From: Candidatus Latescibacterota bacterium
Lineage (GTDB): Bacteria; Latescibacterota; UBA2968; SICM01
Reading direction: 5' to 3'
DNA length: 64,000 bases
NCBI GenBank assembly: GCA_965217865.1
Contig: CBDCJO010000002.1
Coordinates: 1,792,001 to 1,856,000 of the forward strand
In this document: one piece after another, positions 31,084-42,651 of the stretch
Numbering within the stretch: position 1 is the stretch's first letter
Layout: every line of letters starts with the position of its first letter
Notes under the pieces: generated by a model
Database searches by the model: none
What the model was told of the DNA's origin: nothing
Seen by the model: the letters and a program-made list of their open reading frames with translations, nothing else
Made by a program: the position numbers and the translations under genes

Positions 31084-32209
31084 ATGTTTGATCTAGAAAC
31101 GGCCAGGGCGGAATTTCCCGTGACCCGCTCCTGGATCTATCTCAATCACGCTGGAATCGCCCCCGTTTCACGCCGGGTTCAACAAGCCGTCGGGTCCCTT
31201 CTTCAGGACGTAGCAGAAGGTGGAATGGTAAACCATGCGGCCTGGACAAAGACCATCCAGCGAACTCGAAAAATAACCGCGAAAATTCTCAACGCGCGCC
31301 CTTCGGAGATTGCGTTTGTGAACAACACCACTGCGGGTATCCTGATCGTGGCAAACGGCATTCGGTGGCGCCGTGGAGATAACGTTGTCATTGCGGAGAA
31401 GGAGTTCCCTGCGAATGTCTACCCCTGGCTCAATCTCGAGCGAAAAGGTGTATCGGTCAGGATTGTCAGGGAATCTGACGGATGCATTCCCGTCGAAGAG
31501 GTGGCCCGGCAGATCGACGAAAGCACCCGGGTCCTTTCTCTCAGTTCCGTGGAATTCGCCACCGGCTACCGGAACGACCTCGATGCCCTGGGTCGTCTTT
31601 GCCGGGAGCGCAACATATTCTTCTGTGTGGACGCAATCCAGAGCCTTGGGGCTCTTTCCATCGATGTGAAACGTTCGGGCATCGATTTTCTATCCGCTGA
31701 CGGGCATAAGTGGCTCCTGGGTCCCGAGGGGGCTGGGATTTTTTACTGCAGCCGGTCCGCCATGAAGCGGATTGAGGTTTCCAGTTTGGGCTGGGCGGGT
31801 GTTGTGAATCCGACGGACTTTTTGGAATACGACGTAACCCTCGCAGCCACCGCCGAGCGATTTGAAACCGGGACCCCCAACACCGCTGGAATCTACGGCC
31901 TGCACGCGGCCCTCCAACTCATCCTGTCCGCGGGCATCGACAATATAGAGGCCCGCATCCTCTCCCTCACCGACCGTTTGTGTGAAGGGCTTCTCCAAAA
32001 GAATTATCGTGTTCACAGCCCGCGGGGACCCTCGGAAAAATCAGGAATAGTGATGTTCTCTCACCATAAGCACCCGACCGAAGCGCTGTTCCAGAATCTT
32101 TTCGATAAGAAAGTCGTGGGGGCCGTACGAGATGGAAAAATCCGGTTGTCTCCCCACTTTTATAACGGAGCATGAGATCGACACGGTCCTCGATCTGCTT
32201 CCCGATTGA
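31084..32209 (+). CDS. Class V PLP aminotransferase/cysteine desulfurase-like (frameshift near 32168)
   Basis: YLNHAG, VDAIQSLG, DGHKWLLGP, RLSPHFYN. Confidence 0.88.
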
Positions 32210-32316
32210 CAAGAACCTTCCCGATAACCATCTCACCCGTTTCGGGTCCACCCTCCATCCTCCACACTCCCTGTTCCTGTTCCATGTCCCCCGGCCTCCC
32301 CTGAAACCTGAAACGC

Positions 32317-32670
32317 GGAAAATTATAACTTGGGGTTCTCCGTGCTTCTGTCAGCGCCAACGGCGCGTTGTCCCTCAGCCCAGGGCATCGCCCTGGGCTG
32401 TGAAATACAATAGCGTCGTGCGGCCTGAAGGGCCGCGATAATTTCACATCCCCAATCCCTGTCCCGCATCCTGTTTCATTTGGCCGGCATCGAGTGGCCT
32501 ACGATGAACGGTATGTGTGGGATTGATCCGGATTGCGGACCGTTGGCCCGCTCGATTCGCCCACATTCAAACCCAGCCCATTGGACTCCGCCAAGGAATC
32601 ACGGGCCGTTGGGCCGCTGATGCGTCGCCTCACAGGACCTCGCTTTCCACTTTGGAAAATTATAATTTGG
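32317..32670. repeat. REP-like palindromic insert bounded by 17-bp direct repeats
   Basis: GGAAAATTATAAYTTGG at 32317 and 32654; internal AGCCCAGGGCATCGCCCTGGGCT palindrome. Confidence 0.55.
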
Positions 32671-33398
32671 ATACAACCACGATCGTTCTGAACCTCGCCG
32701 CACTCCTGATCGGCCTTTCAAAAGCAGGATTTGGGGGCGGAACGGGAATCCTCGTCGGCCCTTTGATCGCCAACATCCTCCCGGCCAAACAGGCCGTGGG
32801 GCTGATGCTTCCGCTTCTCTTCGCCACAGACATCCTTTCCTTGTGTTACTTTTGGAATCGATGGGACCGGAAAAACGTCTTGACGATGATGCCGGGAGCC
32901 TTTGGCGGAATCGTCCTGGCCTTACCCATTCTGTATGCCATTCCGGATCTCTACTTGAAAAAAATGATCGGGCTTCTGGCGTGTTCGTTCGCGATCTTTC
33001 AGGCTGTCAGGGGTCTTAACATAAACAAAACGCCATTCACCGGAGGCGTCTTCCAGGGACTCGCAGCCGGATTGGTGACAGGTTTTATTTCAACCCTCGC
33101 GCATATAGGAGGGCTTATCACCACCATGTACCTCATCCCTCAGCGACTGGAAAACCGGACTTTTGTGGGCACAACCACGGCAATCTATTTCTTGATCAAC
33201 GCCGCGAAAATACCGCCTTATGTCAGTCTTGGACTCATAAACCGGTCTGTTTTGGTCCAGGATCTCTATCTCCTCCCATCCATCGCCCTCGGAACGGGAT
33301 TGGGAATCATTCTCAACCGACGGATTTCCAGCCAGGCCTTTACAAAGATCGTGCTCCTGTTCGTCTGTTTAACCGGTATAAAATTACTGATCGAATAG
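32667..33398 (+). CDS. TauE/SafE sulfite exporter family permease
   Basis: GLSKAGFGGG, LPLL..D, multiple TM segments; TTG start inferred. Confidence 0.85.
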   Translation: MDTTTIVLNLAALLIGLSKAGFGGGTGILVGPLIANILPAKQAVGLMLPLLFATDILSLCYFWNRWDRKNVLTMMPGAFGGIVLALPILYAIPDLYLKKMIGLLACSFAIFQAVRGLNINKTPFTGGVFQGLAAGLVTGFISTLAHIGGLITTMYLIPQRLENRTFVGTTTAIYFLINAAKIPPYVSLGLINRSVLVQDLYLLPSIALGTGLGIILNRRISSQAFTKIVLLFVCLTGIKLLIE

Positions 33399-33505
33399 CC
33401 TTCCCCAGACGAAGGGGGATGGAGAAGATCATCGACCTTTTTTAACGAGAAAAACCCCCGAAGTCGAAAGTCACCGGGGGTCGCTTCAGCGGAGGAAAAG
33501 CAAAT

Positions 33506-34865
33506 TCACGCCCTAACATCCAGACCGATTTTTGTCCCTCCTTCCTCCGAACCTCCCTCCTCCGATTGAGCCGGACGAACCTCACATCCTAACTTCCTCA
33601 CTTGATAGCCGGAACCCTCAAGACCCGCTTTTAAGTCGTCACTGCCCGCGTTGAACAAAGCCCGCTGCGCCTCATCGTCCACATCGATCCGGCAGTCTAC
33701 AATCCCGTTTGCGATCCGAAGATCGACCTCCACTTTCCCGAGATGAGTCAGATCAAGCCGCATGACAAGGCGGACGTTTTCGGGGTCGATCTTTCTTTCA
33801 CCGTCCTGTTCAGCATAGAACACCCGAAGATCCACTGTCGTCCCCTCTTCTCCGAACCGGACGGGCAATTGGAGATACAGGTGGGGGTCCCGGATCCCGG
33901 GCCGGCAGATTGAGCAACTGAAGATGTTCGATATGCCCGAGGGCCTGACCTACCCTTCCCTTTAACGTTTCCAAAAGTGCGGCATCTCCTGCATCCAAGC
34001 CCCCGATATGCTTTGGGTCGGAGAGTATCGCACCCAGACGGAGAAGCGCAGCTTTCATGTCCGTCTGGAAAAGGTGTTGTAAGGTTCCGGTACTTTCAGG
34101 CTTCTCGGTCATCATCCTCAGTTTCCCTTCCATCCCCAGACCTAGGTTTTGCACCATACGCCTGAGCTCCCCACCCGAAATCATTTCAGCACCCACGAAA
34201 AGGTCGACAAGCGTCTTTTCAAACGACTTCATCTCCGAGTCGACGGAAGAACCGGTACCATGATAGAGGCCTCGAATCAGGTCCAGAAGGTTTCCCAACA
34301 AAACGCCAAGCTCCTGAGGCGCCGGAGACGCCATCGCCGATGCAAGCGTTGAAGAGGTGATCGGAACAGAGCGGGAGGTCAACAGAAGCATCGCATCCAC
34401 CGTTCGGTTCACCCCTTCCGCATCCGATATGTTGATGCCCGCCTGGATCAACCCATCGCGAAGCCGCTGAACCGTTCTTCCGTCCAGGGAAAGCCCCTTT
34501 GCGATCATCCGCCCGAGAACCGCGCGTCCGGCCGGATCGTCCTCGAGACCCAAATCTTTCAATGCCCGGCTCAATGCCCCCTTTTGCTGGGTATCTCCAC
34601 CGAGCACAAACAGCACGACGGGGGGACCCAATCTCTCAACGCGGGTGGAAACGACCGCGCCTTTGCTCAGCGGCATACGGGACTCGGCCATCAATTCCTT
34701 TCCACGGATGCGAAGGATCCATCTTCCATCCGCCGCTTGATCTACGACGCGGGCCTGCAATGTCTGTCCCTCCCGCAGCGACTGGAGAAACGACGCCTTT
34801 TCTCCTTCCGACTCAAACGACAGGTTCAGAGTCCTGAATAGGGAGTTATCAAATCGAACGGGCAA
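33506..34865 (-). CDS. FliK-like hook-length control protein (frameshift near 33885)
   Basis: N-terminal GQTLQARV; C-terminal FliK domain (LDLTHLGKVEVDL...LDVRA). Confidence 0.7.
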
Positions 34866-34889
34866 ACGTTGCCTTCCTTAAAAACAGAT

Positions 34890-34987
34890 TGGCGGGAGCG
34901 TGTGGGAATCGAACCCACCCAGCGTAGGATCGCTGCGCCGCAACGGGTTTGAAGCCCGCGAGGGCCACCAGTGCCCCATGCACTCCC
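34890..34987 (-). tRNA. selC: tRNA-Sec (UCA)
   Basis: Anticodon loop CTTCAAA, long variable arm, GGTTCGATTCC, encoded 3' GCCA, 98 nt. Confidence 0.93.
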
Positions 34988-35229
34988 GCTCATTAACCCG
35001 TATCTCGTGAAGCGTATCTCGTATTTCGTCCACAAGGACACTTGAACTTGAAACTACTCTCAAGATAGCCCGACCCACCCTATTCGTCAAGGCCTGTTTC
35101 TCGGCTTTAACCCGGGCTGGCTCCACGTTGGGACCTTCGAAACCCCGAATATATACTTGACTTCAAAGGGCGTGTCATTATATTGGTTTGCTTGCTATTT
35201 TAATAATAATTTTTCAGGAGTCGGTTGCC

Positions 35230-35688
35230 GTGAAAACCCGCCAGGACATGCTCAGCGAAGCCAAGGCAGCGATCAAAGAGGTTGCTATACAGGAGGTAAA
35301 GACCGATCTCGACAAGGGATTAAAACCCGTCCTGTTAGACGTCCGGGGGTGTGACGAGTACCAGGCCGGCCACCTGACCGATTCCGTCCACATCCCGCGA
35401 GGCCTTTTGGAACTGGAGGTCGAGAAGAAACTCCCCGATAAATCTCGTCCCGTGATCGTCTATTGCGCGGGGGGGGTTCGCTCCGCTTTGGCAGCCCAAA
35501 CCCTAAAGGAGATGGGCTACAACGACGTCTCCTCCATGCTGGGCGGCTACGATGACTGGGCAGAGACGCAGTATCCTGTGGAACAACAGGCCGAGAGCCG
35601 TGAACAGTTGCAAGCCCTGGAGAAGGAGGTGTCCCTCCTCGAGAAACAGATCGAAGAGAAAAAAAGACGCCTCCAATCGCTCAAATAA
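35230..35688 (+). CDS. Rhodanese-domain protein with C-terminal coiled coil
   Basis: LDVR, HIPRG.LE, VYCAGGVRS, GGYDDW. Confidence 0.85.
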   Translation: MKTRQDMLSEAKAAIKEVAIQEVKTDLDKGLKPVLLDVRGCDEYQAGHLTDSVHIPRGLLELEVEKKLPDKSRPVIVYCAGGVRSALAAQTLKEMGYNDVSSMLGGYDDWAETQYPVEQQAESREQLQALEKEVSLLEKQIEEKKRRLQSLK

Positions 35689-35937
35689 AGAGTGGATTGT
35701 CCCTCGAAACCTTACCCCCGGAGACCGGAGTGCGGAAGTTTGGAAGAAAAATTTCCTCCCCTCACATCCCACACTTCCACCCCGCACCTTCTATTTTAAA
35801 TTCCTTCCATCCATCACCGGATCTCCCATTCGACGAATTTCTGCTTAGCATCACAGATTTAACCGTAGTAGCATAGGGTCTGGCGAGACGACACCAGACC
35901 CATTTTTTATAGATCGCTCCGGAATATCGAGTAAGGA

Positions 35938-36123
35938 GTGCTCCAAATGTTGTTGAGACGGCCCCGAAATGTCAACTCCGTCAGGGCGGCCAGCATCCTC
36001 TACGGAGACTGGGGCACCAGCAAAGCGGCCAGAAATCGCATGGTCCGCCTGCTCCGGGGGGACATGGTGGTCCGGATTGCAGAAGACCTGCCCGAGGAGA
36101 TCAAACTGCTCATTTATGGGTAA
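35938..36123 (+). pseudogene. Internally deleted APC-family permease remnant
   Basis: Apparent N-terminus RPRNV...AASILYGDWGTSKA joined directly to an apparent C-terminus LLRGD....I...LPEEI.LLIYG. Confidence 0.5.
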
Positions 36124-36210
36124 CGCCTACCCCCCTTTTCTTTTGACAACCCCAATCGGTTTAGCTAAATTCACTTACATCACACTACCATAACGATCAG
36201 CTTTTGGAAC

Positions 36211-37470
36211 ATGAACGCTCCATCCATTGCGAAACGGGTCCTTCCCAATGGCCTGACGCTCCTCACTAAGACCTCGCAAGCCAACGGCATCACTGCAATC
36301 ACAGCGGTAACCGGGATCGGCAGCATCTACGAAACCGATGCCCAAGCCGGCCTTTCCAACCTGACGCAGACCCTTGTCCTCAAGGGAACATCCTCCCGCA
36401 CCGCAGAACAGATTGCCGTGGAGATGGCGTCCACGGGGGCCCGGATTTCCACCGCTGCGTCGCAGGACTACGGTATCACATCTTACATCTCCACGTCCGA
36501 GGGTCTGGAGAACAGCCTCCCGGTCCTGTTCGATATCCTCAGGTGTCCCTCCTTTCCACAAGAGGAGGTGGTTCACGAGATCTCTCAGACCCTCCAGAAA
36601 ATAAAAGCGAAAGAGGACAACCATCTTCAGAAATCGATGGAACTGCTTGCGGAGACATATTACGGTCGACATCCCTATCATAAATCTCTACTCGGTTATC
36701 CCGAGACCGTCTCAAACCTTACCCGCGAATCAGTTTCCGAATTCTATAAGTCTTATTACAGGTCGAACAACACCGTTATTTCCGCGGTAGGCAACTTCGA
36801 CCGGACTTGGCTTGTAGACGCAATCGCTGAGAATCTTGGGTCCGTCGGCTTCGGCCCAATACCTGACGGAAACGGGACGGAGTTAGAACCGATCATCGAG
36901 CCACGTCTAAAGGTTGAGGGGAGAGAAAGCCAGGTAACGTGGTTGGCTATGGGATTTGGGGCACCATCCGTGACCCACTCCGATTATCCTGCTATGAAAG
37001 TGCTTGACGCCGTCATCGGGGGGTCTATGGACTGCCGCCTTTTCCAGGAACTCCGGGACAAACAAGGATTGGCCTATCAAGTAGGTTCTGCCTATATCGC
37101 CCGCACTGGACCAAGCATTTTTGTGGCTTACATCGGTACAGGTCCGGATAAGTTTGATTCTGCCAGAGACGGGATCCTCTGCCAAATGCAGCGCCTCTGC
37201 GAGGAACCCGTGACCCGTGAGGAACTGAACAATTCAAAGACCTATCTCAAAGGCACCTTCATCATGGGCCAGGAGCGGAACAGCAACCAGGCCGCACTCC
37301 TTGCCCGTTTCGAGTCGGTGGGACTTGGACACGAATTTGTCGATCGCTATTCCGAACTCATCGACAGTGTCACATCCGATGACATCCTTCGGGTGGCCCA
37401 GACCTACTTAGGACAATCTTACGCCCTCGGTGCGGTTGTGCCTAAAAGCGCCGAGGGAACGTCTCGTTGA
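36211..37470 (+). CDS. M16 (pitrilysin) peptidase family, non-catalytic subunit
   Basis: LPNGL, GS.YE, NLTQT in place of HXXEH, RLFQELRDKQGLAY. Confidence 0.85.
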   Translation: MNAPSIAKRVLPNGLTLLTKTSQANGITAITAVTGIGSIYETDAQAGLSNLTQTLVLKGTSSRTAEQIAVEMASTGARISTAASQDYGITSYISTSEGLENSLPVLFDILRCPSFPQEEVVHEISQTLQKIKAKEDNHLQKSMELLAETYYGRHPYHKSLLGYPETVSNLTRESVSEFYKSYYRSNNTVISAVGNFDRTWLVDAIAENLGSVGFGPIPDGNGTELEPIIEPRLKVEGRESQVTWLAMGFGAPSVTHSDYPAMKVLDAVIGGSMDCRLFQELRDKQGLAYQVGSAYIARTGPSIFVAYIGTGPDKFDSARDGILCQMQRLCEEPVTREELNNSKTYLKGTFIMGQERNSNQAALLARFESVGLGHEFVDRYSELIDSVTSDDILRVAQTYLGQSYALGAVVPKSAEGTSR

Positions 37471-37517
37471 AAGACCCTTCGCCACACTCCGACGCTCACG
37501 ACTTTAAGGGGTAAGGA

Positions 37518-38597
37518 ATGGGAAATACATTTGGCCATCTCTTTCGGATCACCACCTGGGGGGAATCTCACGGGCGGGGGATCGGCGTCGTTGTGGATGG
37601 TTGCCCCCCGGGTCTCCCCGTGACAGCGGAAGAGATACAGATGGAATTGGACCGGAGACGGCCAGGCCAGAGCCGAATCACGACCCAGCGGAAGGAGGAG
37701 GACCGTGTGGAGATCTTCTCCGGGCTGTTCGAAGGGAGAACTTTGGGTACGCCGATCCAGATGCTCGTCCGCAATACGGATCCTCGCTCTAAAGACTATG
37801 AAGAAATTAGATTGAAGTACAGGCCTTCGCACGCGGACTATACTTACCAGGCCAAGTTCGGCATCCGGGACTGGAAGGGCGGAGGACGGGCGAGCGCCCG
37901 GGCTACCGTCGGTCAAGTGGCGGCCGGAGTGCTCGCGAAAAAAATCCTGAAGAGCCAATCCGGGACAGAGATCATCGCTTATGTCAAAAGGGTAAAGGAT
38001 CTCGAAGCCCAGGTGGATATGTCATCTGTCACTCGGGAACAGGTGGAGGAAAGCATCGTGCGGTGTCCCGACCCGGATATGGCCAACCGTATGATCGAAT
38101 TGATCGAAGAGACAAGAAAGGATGGCGATTCCCTCGGGGGCGTCGTCGAGTGCGTTTCCCGGAATGTCCCCACGGGATTAGGCGACCCGGTGTTCGACAA
38201 ATTGGAGGCAGACCTTGCCAAGGCTCTTATGTCCCTGCCGGCTTCCAAGGGATTCGAGATCGGATCCGGGTTCGGGGGAACCCTACTGACCGGATCTCAG
38301 CACAACGATCTCTTCTACAATGCCGGGGATCGGATCCGCACCCGGACCAATCGATCAGGGGGTGTTCAAGGAGGCATATCCAACGGGGAGGACATCCATT
38401 TAAAGGTGGCGTTCAAACCGACCGCTACCATCTTGAAGCCACAGAAAACCGTGGACATCGAAGGCAAAGAGACGATTCTCGAAGGCCGGGGCCGCCACGA
38501 CCCCTGTGTCCTTCCTCGCGCCGTTCCGTTGGTGGAGGCGATGGTGGCTCTGGTGCTGGCCGATCACTATTTACGTCACAAGGCCCAATGTGTGTGA
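37518..38597 (+). CDS. aroC: Chorismate synthase
   Basis: [31 protein letters not shown]. Confidence 0.97.
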   Translation: MGNTFGHLFRITTWGESHGRGIGVVVDGCPPGLPVTAEEIQMELDRRRPGQSRITTQRKEEDRVEIFSGLFEGRTLGTPIQMLVRNTDPRSKDYEEIRLKYRPSHADYTYQAKFGIRDWKGGGRASARATVGQVAAGVLAKKILKSQSGTEIIAYVKRVKDLEAQVDMSSVTREQVEESIVRCPDPDMANRMIELIEETRKDGDSLGGVVECVSRNVPTGLGDPVFDKLEADLAKALMSLPASKGFEIGSGFGGTLLTGSQHNDLFYNAGDRIRTRTNRSGGVQGGISNGEDIHLKVAFKPTATILKPQKTVDIEGKETILEGRGRHDPCVLPRAVPLVEAMVALVLADHYLRHKAQCV

Positions 38598-38701
38598 AGT
38601 TACGAGTCCGGGGGTGGAGGAACCAGGTTCTCGGAACCGGGAACACCGACATGGGTCCGAAATTGACATTTTTCAGATATCATCTTATATTTTAACATTG
38701 T

Positions 38702-39061
38702 GGGGGCGCTTTGGGTTCGACGGGGGAGGAATGGTAGTGGCTGCGCGCCGAGGTCCCAGTGCCTCGTTAAACAATTGGGAAAAAACTTAAATGCAGACGA
38801 CTTTTCGTATGCAATGGCGGCCTAACAAATAGGCTTCCCGTCCTGCCCGATCTCGTCCGTAGGGTCGGAGCGGGGCGTCATCTCTTGCGGACTGGTCAAT
38901 GATCTCTTGCCCCGGGATCGCTGATGAGAGTTTTTGGGCTGGCCCTTCATCAACCCTGTCCGTCGGGGTGACGGGGGGCGAGAATAAATGACGGACTATG
39001 CGTGTAGACGTCTCTGTTGGACTTTCTCCGGACGCGGGTTCGATTCCCGCCGCCTCCACCA
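38702..39061 (+). ncRNA. ssrA: tmRNA, tag (A)ADDFSYAMAA
   Basis: 5' GGGGGCG..GGTTCGAC, tag ORF GCAGACGAC...GCGGCCTAA, 3' GGGTTCGATTCCCGCCGCCTCCACCA. Confidence 0.96.
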
Positions 39062-39427
39062 TTCTTCAAGACACAACTCGTCTCTCCATGTAGGTCCTCC
39101 GGAGGGGCGTTCGTCCCATAACCTATTATTTTCAAAGGGTTATGGCGTTCTCCACATCATTCCCGCTTCATTTCCCACCGGTCGAATTCGTCCTGTTTTC
39201 CGGCCTCTCATTCTCTGTTCGGCCCGTATTCTCCGTTCCTGCCGGACCTCGTCCGAAAGTCGTCCGATTGGGTTAATCCATTCAGTATCAACGGGTTGAT
39301 CCGAAAGGGCCGTTTTCGGGGGTTGTGGCAACACGCCCTGTGCCCGGTCTTGAGCACCCGGGAGTTCGAACGGCTCGTCCGATGGCCGATTTCCCCCCTC
39401 TGGTCTGAATCCCGATTCCCGTACCTC

Positions 39428-39458
39428 CCGACAGTCGTGGCCCGCCTCCGGTAGGTAA
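39428..39458 (+). promoter_or_regulatory. Element motif CCGAC-N15-CCGGTAGGTAA, copy 1
   Basis: One of four copies with identical spacing. Confidence 0.65.
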
Positions 39459-39630
39459 CCGGCGACAGAGCCGGGGACGGCGCCCGGCCGCAGCGTCAGA
39501 AACCAGACAACGGACCGGCAGCGAGAGCTGAGGCGGTTGTGGGTGCCGGCGAACCCGCTCCCACGCCGTCCGGCGAGTTCCCACGGCATCCACCATCGTC
39601 CCACCCGGTCGCGAGCTGCCGGAGGTCACG

Positions 39631-39834
39631 ATGTGGAACGCCGATTTCGAGTTGGGAACCATCCGTCCCGACCTGCCTGAAGCAGGGGTCCGCCCCGAGC
39701 CCGAACCGCTTGCCCCGAAAGCGAATCTGGAAGCCATCGCCTCGATTCTGGCCGTTGGTGTGCTCCGCCGGAGAGCCCGAAAGGGCGGCTTTCCGCGCGA
39801 TATCCGGAGAAAGGCGAAGAATCTCCAAATATAA
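39631..39834 (+). CDS. Small hypothetical protein preceding DUF2924
   Basis: SD GGAGG; EAIASILAVGVLR helix. Confidence 0.5.
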   Translation: MWNADFELGTIRPDLPEAGVRPEPEPLAPKANLEAIASILAVGVLRRRARKGGFPRDIRRKAKNLQI

Positions 39835-39902
39835 GTGGGAGAAGGACTTGACTTCTGACGCCAACAGAGCGTTCGTGTCTGACAAACGCGTCCGGTACGT
39901 CA

Positions 39903-40433
39903 ATGAGGGGGTTGCCCGTGAATCAGTTCGGAAAGGGATCGCAAGAGAGCCGCAAGGGTTCCCGCGCCCGCCATTCCGTCCTGCGGCAGCTGGCCACGCT
40001 CGAGACGATGTCGCTGGAACAACTGCACGAGAAGTGGCGCGATCTCTATGGCGGCGAGCCACCCCGCTACAGGAGACGGTTCCTCATCAAGCGCCTGGCA
40101 TATCGCATCCAGGAACTGTTCTACGGCGGCCTGTCGGAGGCCGCCAAGGCGCATTTGCGGCAAGTCGCCCAGGGCGACCCGGTGGCCCGGGTGGACCACC
40201 GGATCTCCGGCAATCCCCAGAACAAGGCGGACATCCTGCCGGGCACCCGGTTCGTCAGGATATGGAAGGACCGACGTTATGAGGTCCTCGCCCACCCGAA
40301 CGGCTTCGAGTACGACGGCCGGATCTTCCGGTCCTTGAGCGCCGTGTCTCGGGAGATTACCGGCACCCGGTGGAACGGCAGGCTCTTCTTCGGGCTGAAG
40401 AAGGGCGACGACGCAGGTGGCCGGCATGCCTGA
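39903..40433 (+). CDS. DUF2924 protein
   Basis: L...W..LYG, LAYRIQE..YGGL, PGT...R.W, SLSAV.R.ITGTRWNG..FFGL. Confidence 0.88.
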   Translation: MRGLPVNQFGKGSQESRKGSRARHSVLRQLATLETMSLEQLHEKWRDLYGGEPPRYRRRFLIKRLAYRIQELFYGGLSEAAKAHLRQVAQGDPVARVDHRISGNPQNKADILPGTRFVRIWKDRRYEVLAHPNGFEYDGRIFRSLSAVSREITGTRWNGRLFFGLKKGDDAGGRHA

Positions 40434-42012
40434 TACGGGCACGAACAACCCCACGGAGAAGAAGCTCATCAACTGCGCCATCTACACCCGCAAGAGTCAC
40501 GAGGAAGGCCTGGAACAGGAATTCAACTCGCTGGATGCCCAGCGGGAGGCGGCCGAGGCCTACGTCGAAAGCCAGCGCATGCAGAGCTGGCGCGCTCTGC
40601 CGGACCGCTACGACGACGGCGGCTTCTCCGGCGGCGACATGGAGCGCCCTGGATTGCAGCGTCTGCTGGCCGACGTGGATGCGGGGAAGGTGGACGTGAT
40701 CGTGGTGTACAAGATCGACCGCCTTTCGCGGTCGCTGCTGGACTTCATGAAGATGATCGAGCGATTCAACCAGCAGGGCGTGAGCTTCGTCTCGGTCACC
40801 CAGCACTTCAACACCACCGACCCGGCCGGGCGCATGTTCCTGGGCATTCTGATCACCTTCGCCCAATACGAGCGGGAGGTCACCGCCGAGCGCATCCGGG
40901 ACAAGGTGGCGGCGGCCAAGCGGCGGGGCAAGTACTGCGGGGGCCCGGCCATCCTCGGATACGACGTGGACCGGGAGCGAAAGAAGCTGCTCGTCAATCC
41001 GGAGGAAGCGCCGCTGGTCAAGCACATCTTCCGGCGATTCACCCATCTGGGCTCGGCCAAAGCGCTGGCCGCGGAGATCAACGGGCAGGGATACCGGACC
41101 AAGTCCTGGACCACGAAGAAGGGAAAACACCGGCTGGGGAGCCCCTGGAATACCGGCCACATCTACCGCCTGCTGGGCAACCGCACCTACATGGGCGAGG
41201 TGGTCCACAAAGGGAAAGGCTATCCCGGAGAGCATGAGGCCATCGTTTCCAAGGGACTGTGGCAGCGGGTTCAGGCGGGTCTCTCGGAGAACACCCGGGC
41301 CAGGCAGACGAAGGCCCGAACGAAGATCATCTCTCCGCTCCAGGGGGTGGTTCGCTGCGGCCATTGCGACGGTGCGATGGGCTTGACCTACACGCAAAAA
41401 GGACCGCGGCGCTACACCTACTATCACTGCGCGAAGGACGCCAAGCGAGCGGTCAGCCGCTGCCGGCTCAAGCGTGTCCCGGCCGGGGACATTGAAAAGG
41501 CGGTGCTGGAGCAACTGAGCGCGGTGTTTCGAACCCCGACGCTGGTGTCCCGGACCTACTTTGCCGCCAAGGGGATGGAAGAAGCCGGGCGGGAGCGGCT
41601 GCTGAAGCGGAAAGAGCGACTGGAAGCCGATCTCCTGAAGGTCCGCGAGCGGGCGCTCGAGGAGGTAACGCCCGACGGCGACGGGTCGGACCCCGGACCG
41701 ACGTTGGTCGAACTCAATCAGGAGGCGGTGACCCTGAGCCGCAAGCTGACGGATGTCTCGGCTCAAGCCCGGGCGTTCGAGGCAGACCCGGTCTCAGAAC
41801 AGGAGGTCGCGGAAGCCTTCCAGAGCGTGGAGACCTTTTGGGAGGATCTGTTTCCCCTGGAACGCAACCGGCTGATCCGGCTGCTGGTCGAGAAAGTGGA
41901 AATCCGGGAAACCGGCATCGACATGGAATTGAAGACCCAGGGCATGACCAGTCTCATCATCGAGCTGAGCGGCCTGGCGACCGAGGCCAGGGAACGGAGC
42001 AACGGCCGATGA
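40426..42012 (+). CDS. Large serine recombinase
   Basis: AIYTRKS catalytic Ser, DRLSRS, FAQYERE, recombinase domain, CGHC zinc ribbon, coiled coil. Confidence 0.93.
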   Translation: MPDTGTNNPTEKKLINCAIYTRKSHEEGLEQEFNSLDAQREAAEAYVESQRMQSWRALPDRYDDGGFSGGDMERPGLQRLLADVDAGKVDVIVVYKIDRLSRSLLDFMKMIERFNQQGVSFVSVTQHFNTTDPAGRMFLGILITFAQYEREVTAERIRDKVAAAKRRGKYCGGPAILGYDVDRERKKLLVNPEEAPLVKHIFRRFTHLGSAKALAAEINGQGYRTKSWTTKKGKHRLGSPWNTGHIYRLLGNRTYMGEVVHKGKGYPGEHEAIVSKGLWQRVQAGLSENTRARQTKARTKIISPLQGVVRCGHCDGAMGLTYTQKGPRRYTYYHCAKDAKRAVSRCRLKRVPAGDIEKAVLEQLSAVFRTPTLVSRTYFAAKGMEEAGRERLLKRKERLEADLLKVRERALEEVTPDGDGSDPGPTLVELNQEAVTLSRKLTDVSAQARAFEADPVSEQEVAEAFQSVETFWEDLFPLERNRLIRLLVEKVEIRETGIDMELKTQGMTSLIIELSGLATEARERSNGR

Positions 42013-42431
42013 CTCCACAGCCGACCCTCACGCTGACCGGGACCGGCAATCTGCAGATCCATATTCCGATGCACATCCGGCGGATGCGGGGCCGGAAGAT
42101 GATTTTCGCCCCCCAGGCGCTGGATGGCGACGTTCCGGATGGCCCATCGGAGATACAGGCGGCCGTGGTTCAGGCCCTGGGCCGGGCTTTCTCCTGGTCG
42201 GACGCGATTGAGAGCGGGGAGTTTCGCTCCATTTCGGATCTGGCGAGGAACCTGGACGTGGACAACTCCTACGTGGTGCGCATCCTGAAGCTGACCACGC
42301 TGGCCCCGGACATCATCGAAGCGATCCTCAACGGCGAGGAACCGTCCGGCCTGTCGCTGGCCCAACTGATCCGCACCTTCCCCATGGACTGGGAGCGGCA
42401 GAGAGCCCTGTTCGGGCTCACCCCGGGCTAA
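42009..42431 (+). CDS. Recombinase-associated HTH hypothetical protein
   Basis: RGRK.I, ALGRA..W, SYV.RIL.LT.LAPDIIEAIL.G. Confidence 0.7.
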   Translation: MTPQPTLTLTGTGNLQIHIPMHIRRMRGRKMIFAPQALDGDVPDGPSEIQAAVVQALGRAFSWSDAIESGEFRSISDLARNLDVDNSYVVRILKLTTLAPDIIEAILNGEEPSGLSLAQLIRTFPMDWERQRALFGLTPG

Positions 42432-42651
42432 GCCCAACACCCCCGTCGCGGGCGGTCCGAGGCCGCGATCCCATCTGTGAGCAGGACGTCCGTCACACCG
42501 CCGGCACCCCGCACAGGACCCGCCAGCGCACGATGTCGGCCCAACTCGTCACCCGTCAGCTGAAGTAGCAGCAGCACCCCCTCCAGCCCGGGTCCGGACA
42601 TCTCAAAGCAGGGTCGGCCCTACCTTTTTTCTCGACCTCTTAATTTTTCTG

